A DNA stretch of 64,000 nucleotides from Gammaproteobacteria bacterium (GTDB taxonomy: Bacteria; Pseudomonadota; Gammaproteobacteria; G965277405). The position numbers and the translations under genes were made by a program. The stretch lies in the NCBI GenBank assembly GCA_965277405.1, contig OZ255726.1, positions 64,001 to 128,000 on the forward strand, in the 5' to 3' direction. Of the stretch, positions 39,907-48,764 are shown piece by piece (position 1 is the first letter of the stretch; each line of letters opens with the position of its first letter). Under the pieces are notes generated by a model. That model was given only the letters and a program-made list of their open reading frames with translations, was not told the DNA's origin and searched no databases.

Positions 39907-41157
39907 TCAGTCAATGACTACTTTGAGCGCAACTCGCCAAATAATTATCGCGCAGATCATTGCCGCCAGCAGCAAGGCTGCCGCAAAACCAACCACAGCG
40001 TTCCAGCCACCATGTGTCCAGAACCAACCCCCTATTGACCCCATCACGCTTGACCCCAGATAATATGACAGCAAATACAACGCCGCTGCATGACCTTTGG
40101 CTTGTAATGCCATGCCGCCGACTAAGCTACTGGCAATAGCATGGGCGACAAAAAACCCAGTGGTCAATACAGCCACCCCGCCAATCACCACATACAGGTG
40201 ATCCAGCAAGGTCAGCAGCAACCCTGCCATGGCAATCACAACACCCGTGATCAACACTGGGCCCCGCCCCAATTTATCGGATAGGGCGCCGGCGATTGAA
40301 GAGGCAAACACCCCAAACATATACACCATGAAAATTAGGGAAACCTGCCATTGACTAAGGTTATACGGAGGCTCGACCAGCCTAAAAGTTGCATAATTAT
40401 ACACAGTAACAAAACTGCCCATCGTCAACGCGCCGATCAAAAAAACCAATGGCAAGGTGCTATGGCATACATGGTCGTGAAAAGCGCAACAATGATATTG
40501 CAACTGCAGTCCACGCCGGCGGGTGAAATTGCGCGATGCGGGCAATAGCAGGTAAAATCCGCTGCCGCAGATAAGCCCAATAACCCCAAGAGCGCCCATC
40601 GCCAACCGCCATGAAGCAAAATCGGTCAACAGACCAACACCCACGCGCCCTGCCATGCCTCCAAAAGCCGACCCGCTGATATACAGCCCCATCGCTAGGC
40701 CTAATCCGCGCGGATGAATTTCTTCAGCCAAATATGCCATTGCCACGGACGGAACACCACCCAAAACAAAACCTTCCAAAGCACGAATTAGCAAAAAAGC
40801 ATGCCAATCGGGGACCATGGCTGCGATAAAATTAAGAACCGCCGCACTGCAAATCGACACAAACATCAACTGCCGCCGACCAAATGCTGCGGATACGCCG
40901 CCTGCCAGTAGAATAGAAAATGCCAGAAACCCAGTGGTCAGCGATAACGACAACGAGCTTGCAGTCGGGCTGACGGCGAAGTCCTCAACCAACAACGGCA
41001 ACAGGGGTTGAACACAATAAATCAGCGAAAATGTCGCAAACCCAGCAAGAAACAGCGCGACACTGATGCGGCGATACGCCGCCGTTCCTGCTGCGGTCCA
41101 GCGCAGCACTGGTTGTGCAGACTGAGACTTGCCCGATGGTGGCGTCATTGCTTTCAA
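39907..41157 (-). CDS. MFS transporter, YnfM-like
   Basis: LFLAGFATFSLIYCVQP, AMAYLAEE, MGLYISG, ALYLLSYYLGSS. Confidence 0.9.
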   Translation of the reverse strand: MKAMTPPSGKSQSAQPVLRWTAAGTAAYRRISVALFLAGFATFSLIYCVQPLLPLLVEDFAVSPTASSLSLSLTTGFLAFSILLAGGVSAAFGRRQLMFVSICSAAVLNFIAAMVPDWHAFLLIRALEGFVLGGVPSVAMAYLAEEIHPRGLGLAMGLYISGSAFGGMAGRVGVGLLTDFASWRLAMGALGVIGLICGSGFYLLLPASRNFTRRRGLQLQYHCCAFHDHVCHSTLPLVFLIGALTMGSFVTVYNYATFRLVEPPYNLSQWQVSLIFMVYMFGVFASSIAGALSDKLGRGPVLITGVVIAMAGLLLTLLDHLYVVIGGVAVLTTGFFVAHAIASSLVGGMALQAKGHAAALYLLSYYLGSSVMGSIGGWFWTHGGWNAVVGFAAALLLAAMICAIIIWRVALKVVID

Positions 41158-41190
41158 GGCTGGTCTTTCAAGGCTGGTCTTTCAAGGCTG
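41151..41190. repeat. Tandem repeat, 14-bp unit CTTTCAAGGCTGGT, about 3 copies
   Basis: Directly visible between the dctM stop and the MFS start. Confidence 0.85.
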
Positions 41191-41199
41191 TTAGTGATG

Positions 41200-42594
41200 C
41201 TATTTAGTGATGACTTCTGTCCCCATCATCGCGTTCGGCAGCAACGTTGAAATAGCAGGGATATAGGTCACAATAATCAGGAACACGAACAGCACCGCCA
41301 GAAATGGCAGAGACGCGCGCACCACGCTCAGCATCGGCATCCCTGCAACCCCAGATGTAACAAACAAGTTGAGACCTACTGGCGGGGTAATCATCCCGAT
41401 CTCCATGTTGACCACCATGATGATGCCCAGGTGGATTGGGTCGATCCCAAGTTCGATGGCAATCGGGAACACCAGCGGCGCGACAATTACCAGCAGCCCC
41501 GAAGGTTCCATAAACTGCCCGCCAATCAACAAAATAACGTTGACAGCGATCAGAAACATCACTGGACCAAAGCCTGCAGACAGCATCACAGTTGCAACGT
41601 CTTGTGGAATTTGCTCTGCGGTCAGCACGTGTTTCAGAATCAAGGCGTTGGCAATCACGAACATCAGCGTGATAGTCAGTTTGCCTGCCTGAAAAAGGGT
41701 GCGCCGGGTATCTTCATGAACCCAAGCGGTTATAAGTGCTTGAGGGCGTTGCCACAAGGTCGCACGATTTTTGCCGTTTTTCGCAGCCAGCGGACCCATA
41801 TCGCGGTAGACAAAAGTTGCAACAATAAACGCGTAGACGCAGGCAACCGCGGCGGCTTCAGTGGGGGTAAAGAACGCGCCAGTCAACCCTGGTATGCCGT
41901 AGATCCCCACCATGATAATTACAATCAGCAACAGACCCCATGAAGCATCGACAAAACTCTCCCATATCTCGCGCCATCCCTGCCATTCGCCTTTGGGAAT
42001 ATTCTTGACACGAGCCATTACATAGATTGTGATCATCAGCATCACCCCGGCCATGATCCCGGGGATGACCCCCGCCAGAAACATGCGCCCCACTGACACT
42101 TCGACTGCGGATGCATACACAACCATCACAATCGAAGGCGGAATAAGGATGCCCAAAGTCCCCGCATTACAGATCACCCCCGCGGCAAATTCCTTGGAAT
42201 ACCCAGCTTGTCTCATCGCCACAATGACAATCGAACCGATGGCAACAACAGTCGCAGGTGAGGACCCAGACAAAGCAGCAAATATCATACAGGAGACCAC
42301 ACCAGCAATCGCCAAGCCGCCGCGCATGTGACCTACGCAGGCAATGGAAAAGCGGATTATGCGTTGTGCCACCCCACCGGTTGACATGAAAGATGATGCT
42401 AGAATGAAGAACGGGATTGCCAGCAGGGTATAGTGACCTTCAAATGCGCTGAATAGGGTCTGGGCAACGGATACCAGCGACGTATCTGAAAACCAGAGCA
42501 TAAACAAGGTCGAAGACATCCCCAAGGCAACCGCAATCGGCACGCCGATTAGCATGAAACCAATGATCATTACAAATAGGAAGACGATAGTCAT
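41200..42594 (-). CDS. dctM: TRAP transporter large permease
   Basis: LLAIPFFILA, SGSSPAT, GTLGILIPPSI, FTPTEAA, EIGMITPPVGLNLFV. Confidence 0.95.
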   Translation of the reverse strand: MTIVFLFVMIIGFMLIGVPIAVALGMSSTLFMLWFSDTSLVSVAQTLFSAFEGHYTLLAIPFFILASSFMSTGGVAQRIIRFSIACVGHMRGGLAIAGVVSCMIFAALSGSSPATVVAIGSIVIVAMRQAGYSKEFAAGVICNAGTLGILIPPSIVMVVYASAVEVSVGRMFLAGVIPGIMAGVMLMITIYVMARVKNIPKGEWQGWREIWESFVDASWGLLLIVIIMVGIYGIPGLTGAFFTPTEAAAVACVYAFIVATFVYRDMGPLAAKNGKNRATLWQRPQALITAWVHEDTRRTLFQAGKLTITLMFVIANALILKHVLTAEQIPQDVATVMLSAGFGPVMFLIAVNVILLIGGQFMEPSGLLVIVAPLVFPIAIELGIDPIHLGIIMVVNMEIGMITPPVGLNLFVTSGVAGMPMLSVVRASLPFLAVLFVFLIIVTYIPAISTLLPNAMMGTEVITK

Positions 42595-43265
42595 TGTTTT
42601 TTGTTGCTGTGCAGCTGACGTATATGCTGAATTTCGTCTGCAACTTCGTGGCTAACGATTGCCCGATCTTTGTTGCCGCGCCAAACATCAACCATTAATT
42701 GGATGAACCGCAACAGTAGCAAAGCCATCGAAAGGGGCAAAACCGCATACGGTATCAGGCGAGGCAGTTTTTCGTAAGGCTCACCTTCGTTGAAAACACT
42801 AGCCAGCCAGTTTAAAAAGAATGGATTGGGTATGTCGGTCACTTCATACCAACCTTTGCTCAGATATTTATTCAGGAAACCAACAGGAAACCACCGCCCC
42901 TCAGTCGCTGGCAAATTGGCAAAGTTCGCCCAATAATCATACGAGCCTTTCAGTAACAAACAAGCAAAGGCGATACATACCCCAACCGCCACCAGAGCCA
43001 GCCAGCGCCGCATAGGGGGAGAAACGCTGTTGATTACGACATCTACACCCAGATGCGCTCCCTTCTTAACCGCATAGGAGGCGCCGAGCAAGACCAACCA
43101 CCCAAACAGAAAGACGGTGAGCTCCAACCCCCAAAGTATGTTGTAATTAAAGGCTTTACGCGCAATAACGTTGGCAAAAGTTACGAGGGTCATCAGCCCC
43201 AGCAACAAGGCAATCAAATTCTCTTCCAACCTGTCAACAAACGACTCTCTTAGTTTGTTATTCAT
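42591..43265 (-). CDS. dctQ: TRAP transporter small permease
   Basis: LEENLIA, TFANVIAR, WGLEL, GAHLGVD; four transmembrane segments. Confidence 0.92.
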   Translation of the reverse strand: MNNKLRESFVDRLEENLIALLLGLMTLVTFANVIARKAFNYNILWGLELTVFLFGWLVLLGASYAVKKGAHLGVDVVINSVSPPMRRWLALVAVGVCIAFACLLLKGSYDYWANFANLPATEGRWFPVGFLNKYLSKGWYEVTDIPNPFFLNWLASVFNEGEPYEKLPRLIPYAVLPLSMALLLLRFIQLMVDVWRGNKDRAIVSHEVADEIQHIRQLHSNKKQ

Positions 43266-43323
43266 AGACCCGCACGTTGTTATGGGTGCTGCAATAGCGA
43301 GGGGTCGGAGCTCCGCACCCTAA

Positions 43324-43612
43324 AAAGCCTCTGATTAACTCGCTGATGGAGCGAGTTTGCCTGCAATTGCTGATGATTGCAAGGCGCATTCAGCAGGCGC
43401 ATGCCGTAGCATATACGCCAAGGGATGCACACAGCAAGTACCGCTGCCGCAAACCGTTATATTCAACAGAAGGACGGGAAAAAACGCTGCGCTAACGTCG
43501 TTGCAGCACTTGGCAACACCCACAAGACCACCAGTATTATCTGCGCACTGCGTCTAGTTATCATCAGCGTTTTTTCTCCGTCTCGCCCATCATGGAATTA
43601 ATCAGAGTTTCC
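43324..43612 (+). mobile_element. IS5-derived MITE between dctP and dctQ (variant subfamily)
   Basis: AAAGCCTCTGATTAA...TTAATCAGAGTTTCC. Confidence 0.9.
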
Positions 43613-43693
43613 TTATGGGTGCTGCATTAGCGAGGGGTCGGAGCTCCGCACCCTAAAAAGCCTCTGATTAACTGCGCTGATGGAGCGAGTTTG
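43613..43693. repeat. ~80-bp direct repeat of 43280-43359
   Basis: TTATGGGTGCTGCA..AGCGAGGGGTCGGAGCTCCGCACCCTAAAAAGCCTCTGATTAAC..GGAGCGAGTTTG occurs twice. Confidence 0.9.
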
Positions 43694-43706
43694 GCAATTG
43701 ACGGGG

Positions 43707-44708
43707 TTACAAAGCTGCGTTGATTGCTTGAATTGCGTCGATGTTTTCCTGTCCGACATCAGCTGCGAACTGCTGCCAAACTGGTTTCATCGCATCAATC
43801 CATTGCTGACGCTGCTCACTCGTTAGTTGACGAATGGTGCCGCCAGCGTCGATTATTAACTGTTTTGCGGCTGCATTCACATCAGTGGTTTTGGCGTTGC
43901 GACTTTTGGTTACTTCAGCCAGAATGGTCAAAAACTGATCGCGTACATCGGGCTCAAGGCTGTCAAGCCATTGCGTGCTGGTGACGACGATATAGTCGAG
44001 CACGCCATGGTTGGTCTCGGTCACGCCATCTTGCACCTCGAAGAATTTCTTGCCGTAGGTGTTCGACCAAGTGTTCTCCTGAGCATCCACAACCCCCTGT
44101 TGCAGCGCGCCATACACTTCCGAGAACGCCATCTTCTGGGGCGAGCCGCCAATAGCTTTCATTTGCGCAACAAGAACATCCGAAGTCATCACCCGAAATT
44201 TCAGACCGTTGGCGTCTGCTGGCACCAGCAGCGGAATATTTGCTGACATCTGCTTCATACCGTTGTGCCAATAGCCAAGCCCACGCAGCCCGCGGTGCTG
44301 CATCGACTTTAAAAGCTTCTGACCGTCGCTTGAGGATTGGAAAGCATCAACTGCCTGAATGTTCTTGAAGATGAAGGGGAGGTCAAAAATGCGGAATTTC
44401 TTGGTAAACTTCTCTAATTTCGAAAGACTTGGTGCTGCTAACTGCACATTGCCCTGTAACAATGCCTCAAGCACTTTGTTGTCATTATACAACGTCGAGT
44501 TTGGGTAGACCTTCATGCAGGCCTTACCGTTCATCTCGTCGTTGACACGCTGTGCCAATACAGTCGCGGCTATCCCTTTTGGGTGTTTGTCGCTGTTGGT
44601 AACGTAGCTGAATTTAATGACCACTTCACCAGGGTCACAAGCGGCATACACTGCTTGTGATGCTGCTATCAGTGCTGCGGCACAGACAAAGGTTGCTAGA
44701 ACTTTCAT
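43707..44708 (-). CDS. dctP: TRAP transporter substrate-binding protein (C4-dicarboxylate type)
   Basis: Signal peptide; FDLPFIF, WHNGMKQMSAN, GLKFRV, FSEVYGALQQGVVDAQENTWSN. Confidence 0.95.
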   Translation of the reverse strand: MKVLATFVCAAALIAASQAVYAACDPGEVVIKFSYVTNSDKHPKGIAATVLAQRVNDEMNGKACMKVYPNSTLYNDNKVLEALLQGNVQLAAPSLSKLEKFTKKFRIFDLPFIFKNIQAVDAFQSSSDGQKLLKSMQHRGLRGLGYWHNGMKQMSANIPLLVPADANGLKFRVMTSDVLVAQMKAIGGSPQKMAFSEVYGALQQGVVDAQENTWSNTYGKKFFEVQDGVTETNHGVLDYIVVTSTQWLDSLEPDVRDQFLTILAEVTKSRNAKTTDVNAAAKQLIIDAGGTIRQLTSEQRQQWIDAMKPVWQQFAADVGQENIDAIQAINAAL

Positions 44709-44777
44709 ATATTTTCCTGTTTGATTATTAAACGAGTGACAAGTTATAGATTATTTTTCAGCATGCTGCGCTACAAC

Positions 44778-44874
44778 CCTTCTAGCTCAAGCCTTCTAGC
44801 TCAAGCCTTCTAGCTCAAGCCTTCTAGCTCAAGCCTTCTAGCTCAAGCCTTCTGGCTCAAGCCTTCTGGCTCAA
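44778..44874. repeat. Tandem repeat, 14-bp unit CCTTCT(A/G)GCTCAAG, 7 copies
   Basis: Five copies with A and two with G; 70 bp upstream of dctP. Confidence 0.95.
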
Positions 44875-45084
44875 TCAGACCGCGTTACGTGTGATTTATC
44901 TACTCTTTGCCTGCATCCGCAGGGGGCTTGGGGGGCAATCGCAACGCTGACACAAAACACCCGTACGCTATGAATGCGACGAGAACCCGAGAACCCCCTG
45001 CGTTTTTCAATATACTACAGGAGGAGTTTGTTGATGTGAAGCCGCTGCAACGTACTTTGTAACCTTATCTCACCCGTGTTGCCC

Positions 45085-45191
45085 AGCATGGACTTAAGCA
45101 GATCTTCCTTAGCATTTGAGTTTAGAGTTTATTGTTCTTTAGAGTTGCTGCGTTTAACAACTTAAATAGTAGTGAATTAAGCAGAGCTTCC
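45085..45191. repeat. Two decayed MITE right-end remnants
   Basis: CAGCATGGACTTAAGCAGATCTTCC|TTAG and TTAAGCAGAGCTTCC. Confidence 0.6.
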
Positions 45192-45626
45192 CTCATGTCG
45201 CATGGTAGAACTTAACACCGCTACGGCATACGTTGCTGCACTATATCGGGCTTGTAGAAGTTGACAAATTATGCAACATATACACTGTATCATGGCGTAT
45301 TTAGCATCTAATAAGTGTGTTCCTTGGTAAAACTCCGTTTACATGGTATTATAATTTAAAATTTATTTTTTGCTTGCTAACATCAACTTAGCGCCAAACC
45401 GCACACAATGCCATGGCAGCAACCGCTCAGCAACACATCGTCGCCACTCAAAGCTCGCAGCAGCAGCAGCCGCCGCAGAGAATAACCATAATTTTTATTC
45501 ATCAATGAATCAGCACATTGCTTAAAGCTGTTATCAGCAGCTGGTGGTCTGCCACGACGCATGCGGATGAATGAAAATACACGCCTCACATTCCAACTTT
45601 ACGGCTTTACCACCTGCCCTTGAAGG

Positions 45627-46529
45627 TTGACCGTGCGCAATATCAGCAAGCCAATTCTTATTTATACCCCAGTGGTATGGCTAATTATCTTATTTTTTAT
45701 TCCACTGGGATTTATCTTTGTTTTGAGTTTTAGCTCCAAGACTGGAATTACAACATCAACACTGTCTTGGACTTTGGAAAATTACACCCGTGTCTTTGAC
45801 CCTATCTACTTAGGGATATTCATCAAATCAATATGGATGTCAGTGTTAACAACCATCATTTGCTTGGTAGTTGGCATGTACATTGCTGTTGCGATTGCCT
45901 TTGCCAGCAGCCCGCGCATTAAAGTCATTTTGCTGACATTAGTTATTCTGCCGTTTTGGACGAATCTGCTAGTACGCACGTATTCACTGATAGCAATATT
46001 TCGTAACAAAGGTATTATTAACGGTATTCTTGAATATTGCTACGACACCATAACGCTACTTACGCAGTGGTTACACATCGATATTTCACCAATTTTTGGC
46101 ACACGGTTTCTACCATTGGAGTTGCTGTATAACAATACAGCTGTAATGTTTGGATTAGTCTACGTCCATTTACCATTTACCGTATTGCCGCTGTTTGCGG
46201 CACTCGATAAACTTGACCGCAGCCATATTGAAGCGAGTATTGACTTGGGAGCATCTAGGGGGCGGACTTTTTTTGCTGTTGTCATACCACAACTTCACTT
46301 TGGTATTTTTACTGCAATGCTGATTACCTTCATCCCGACGCTTGGTGCCTTTGTAACGGCAGACTTGCTTGGCGGCAATGATAGTTTGATGATTGCAAAT
46401 GTTATAGAGCGTCAGTTTAAAAGTGCCAACGACTTCCCGTTTGGCTCAGCATTATCATTAGTACTAATCTACATTATGGTGGCAATAATGACGTTGCAAT
46501 ATTGGCTTGACTCGCGCACACCAAAATGA
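45627..46529 (+). CDS. Polyamine ABC transporter permease, PotB-like
   Basis: ILPFWTNLLVRTY, YVHLPFTVLPL, IEASIDLGA, DFPFGSAL. Confidence 0.92.
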   Translation: MTVRNISKPILIYTPVVWLIILFFIPLGFIFVLSFSSKTGITTSTLSWTLENYTRVFDPIYLGIFIKSIWMSVLTTIICLVVGMYIAVAIAFASSPRIKVILLTLVILPFWTNLLVRTYSLIAIFRNKGIINGILEYCYDTITLLTQWLHIDISPIFGTRFLPLELLYNNTAVMFGLVYVHLPFTVLPLFAALDKLDRSHIEASIDLGASRGRTFFAVVIPQLHFGIFTAMLITFIPTLGAFVTADLLGGNDSLMIANVIERQFKSANDFPFGSALSLVLIYIMVAIMTLQYWLDSRTPK

Positions 46530-47368
46530 AGAAACACTCGCGTAAACTTATTCAACTCAGCAATTATTCGCATTTATTAAGCGTCCGTATTGTGGTATTG
46601 GCTAGCTTAATTTTTTTGTATGCGCCGTTAATTGTGTTAGTGATTTTCAGTTTTAACGCTTCAAAACGCAACATTGTTTGGCAAGGCTTTACCACCAAAT
46701 ACTATGTCAAGGCATTGCATAACGAGGCGTTAATCGAAGCTTTACTCAACTCAGTCACCATCGCTTTACTCAGCACCATTGTTAGTTTGATGCTAGCTTT
46801 TTGCGCAGCATACAGCTTGTGGCGGTTTCGTTTCCCACTCAAAAGCTTAGTCAATAGTGCAATCGGAGTGCCAATTGTTATTCCAGAAATATGCATGGGT
46901 GTTGCTATGTTGACATTTTTCAACTCTGTTGGCTGGCCACAAGCACCCTTTTGGCCGCTGAATATGTTGCCAGTCATATTAGCGCATATTACCTTTTCAT
47001 TTCCATTTATGACCATGGTCATTCGCAGTCGTTTAGAAAATTTTAATCCAGAACTTGAAGAAGTTTCTACAGATCTTGGCGCGAATCGTTGGCAAACATT
47101 ATGGGGAGTGGTTATTCCTTATCTGCTACCGTCATTCCTAGCAGCTAGCATTCTTGGAATCACGCTATCACTCGATGATTTCGTTATCACATTTTTTACA
47201 TCGACACCAGCAACCATCACCTTTCCTGTAAAAATCTACTCAATGGTGCGATTTTCAGTCACCCCAGAGGTAAATGCAGCTTCAACAGTCTTGATTGCGA
47301 CAACGTTGCTGTTGGTGCTGCTTGCCCTGTGGATGCAGCGCGTTCTTGATTCCACCAAAACCAATTAA
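46526..47368 (+). CDS. Polyamine ABC transporter permease, PotC-like
   Basis: FLYAPL..IFSFN, LEEVSTDLGA, LSLDDFVITFF, TPEVNAAST. Confidence 0.92.
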   Translation: MKKHSRKLIQLSNYSHLLSVRIVVLASLIFLYAPLIVLVIFSFNASKRNIVWQGFTTKYYVKALHNEALIEALLNSVTIALLSTIVSLMLAFCAAYSLWRFRFPLKSLVNSAIGVPIVIPEICMGVAMLTFFNSVGWPQAPFWPLNMLPVILAHITFSFPFMTMVIRSRLENFNPELEEVSTDLGANRWQTLWGVVIPYLLPSFLAASILGITLSLDDFVITFFTSTPATITFPVKIYSMVRFSVTPEVNAASTVLIATTLLLVLLALWMQRVLDSTKTN

Positions 47369-47369
47369 A

Positions 47370-48428
47370 ATGAGCAATCCTCTTATCTATTTTGACGCGA
47401 TCTCCAAGCAGTTTCCCAGCAACAGCAACTTTGCTTTGCAACCAACAACGCTGATGATTGAACGTGGCGAGTTTTTTGTGTTGCTGGGTCCTAGTGGTTG
47501 CGGCAAAACAACCCTGATGCGCATTCTCGCAGGCTTTGAAACACCGACCGCAGGCAGGGTGTTTATCAATGGCAATGACGTCAGTTCGACGCTACCAAAT
47601 CAACGCCCTATTAACATGGTGTTTCAGTCATATGCACTATTTCCCAACATGACAGTTGCCAAGAATATTGGCTATGGGCTGCGGCTGCGCAAAATGGCAA
47701 AAGCAGCAATTGAGGAAAAAGTCCAGCAAGCACTCACACTGGTTGCTATGGATGACTTTGGACAGCTACGCCCGCATCAACTCTCTGGCGGACAACGCCA
47801 ACGCATCGCCCTAGCGCGGGCATTGGTTATGGAGCCTCAAGCTATATTGCTCGACGAGCCACTTTCAGCACTCGATGCCAAGTTACGCAAGTCAATGCAA
47901 AACGAACTATGCCGGTTACAGCAACAATTAGGGATGACTTTTTTAATGGTGACCCATGACCAAGATGAAGCCCTTTCCATGGCGGACCGCATCGCCGTTT
48001 TAGACAACGGTAGTGTGCGGCAAGTCGGCACACCGACTGAAATATACAACAAACCCAGCAACCTATTTGTTGCAGATTTTATTGGATCATGCAATTTTTT
48101 TGCAGCCAACGTCAGCAACAAAGTCGCACACATTGATGGCCTGCCACAATTCACCAGCGACTGCGGCTATCCAGATAATACCCGTGTGCAGATATGTATT
48201 CGCCCAGAAAACGTTGTATTGCTGGAAGAGCCAAACACTGCTACCGATGCGTTTACCGCCAACATAACAGAAATTTGTTATACAGGAAAACGCTACCAAA
48301 TCGTTGCTGCCATCAAAGATACAAAACACCGCATTCAACTTGAAAGCAACAGCCACAACAGCTACGCTATTGGTGATACGATTCACCTCCGTATCCCGCA
48401 GCCACATTGCTTCGTCTTGCCACAATAA
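47370..48428 (+). CDS. Polyamine ABC transporter ATP-binding protein, PotA-like
   Basis: GPSGCGKTT, LSGGQRQR, LLDEPLSALD, VTHDQDEA. Start MSNPL at 47370. Confidence 0.93.
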   Translation: MSNPLIYFDAISKQFPSNSNFALQPTTLMIERGEFFVLLGPSGCGKTTLMRILAGFETPTAGRVFINGNDVSSTLPNQRPINMVFQSYALFPNMTVAKNIGYGLRLRKMAKAAIEEKVQQALTLVAMDDFGQLRPHQLSGGQRQRIALARALVMEPQAILLDEPLSALDAKLRKSMQNELCRLQQQLGMTFLMVTHDQDEALSMADRIAVLDNGSVRQVGTPTEIYNKPSNLFVADFIGSCNFFAANVSNKVAHIDGLPQFTSDCGYPDNTRVQICIRPENVVLLEEPNTATDAFTANITEICYTGKRYQIVAAIKDTKHRIQLESNSHNSYAIGDTIHLRIPQPHCFVLPQ

Positions 48429-48481
48429 CCACAACAACCACAACGGTCATTGCCTTTTTCATTTGCGTACACTGCTCTTAT

Positions 48482-48764
48482 GGAAGCTCTGATTAAGTCG
48501 CTGATGGAGCGAGTTTGATGGCAATTGCTGATGATTGCAAGGCGCATTCCGCAGGCGCATGCTGTAGCATATACGCCAAGGGATGCAACACAGCAAGTAC
48601 CGCTACCATCAAACCATCATATATTCAACAGAAAGACGGGAAAAACGCTGCGCTAACGTCGTTGCAGCACTTGATAATACCACCAGTATTATCTGCGCAC
48701 TGCGTCTAGTTATCATCAGCGTTTTTTCTCCGTCTCGCCCATCATGGACTTAATCAAAGCTTCC
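48482..48764 (+). mobile_element. IS5-derived MITE, full length
   Basis: GGAAGCTCTGATTAA...TTAATCAAAGCTTCC. Contains the recombinase ATG at 48744. Confidence 0.92.

Noticed and set aside
44778-44874. Possible CRISPR array
   Set aside because: Units are contiguous 14-mers with no spacers, and there are no cas genes.
45383-45620. Possible small gene or remnant upstream of the potB-like gene
   Set aside because: No frame gives a recognisable motif.
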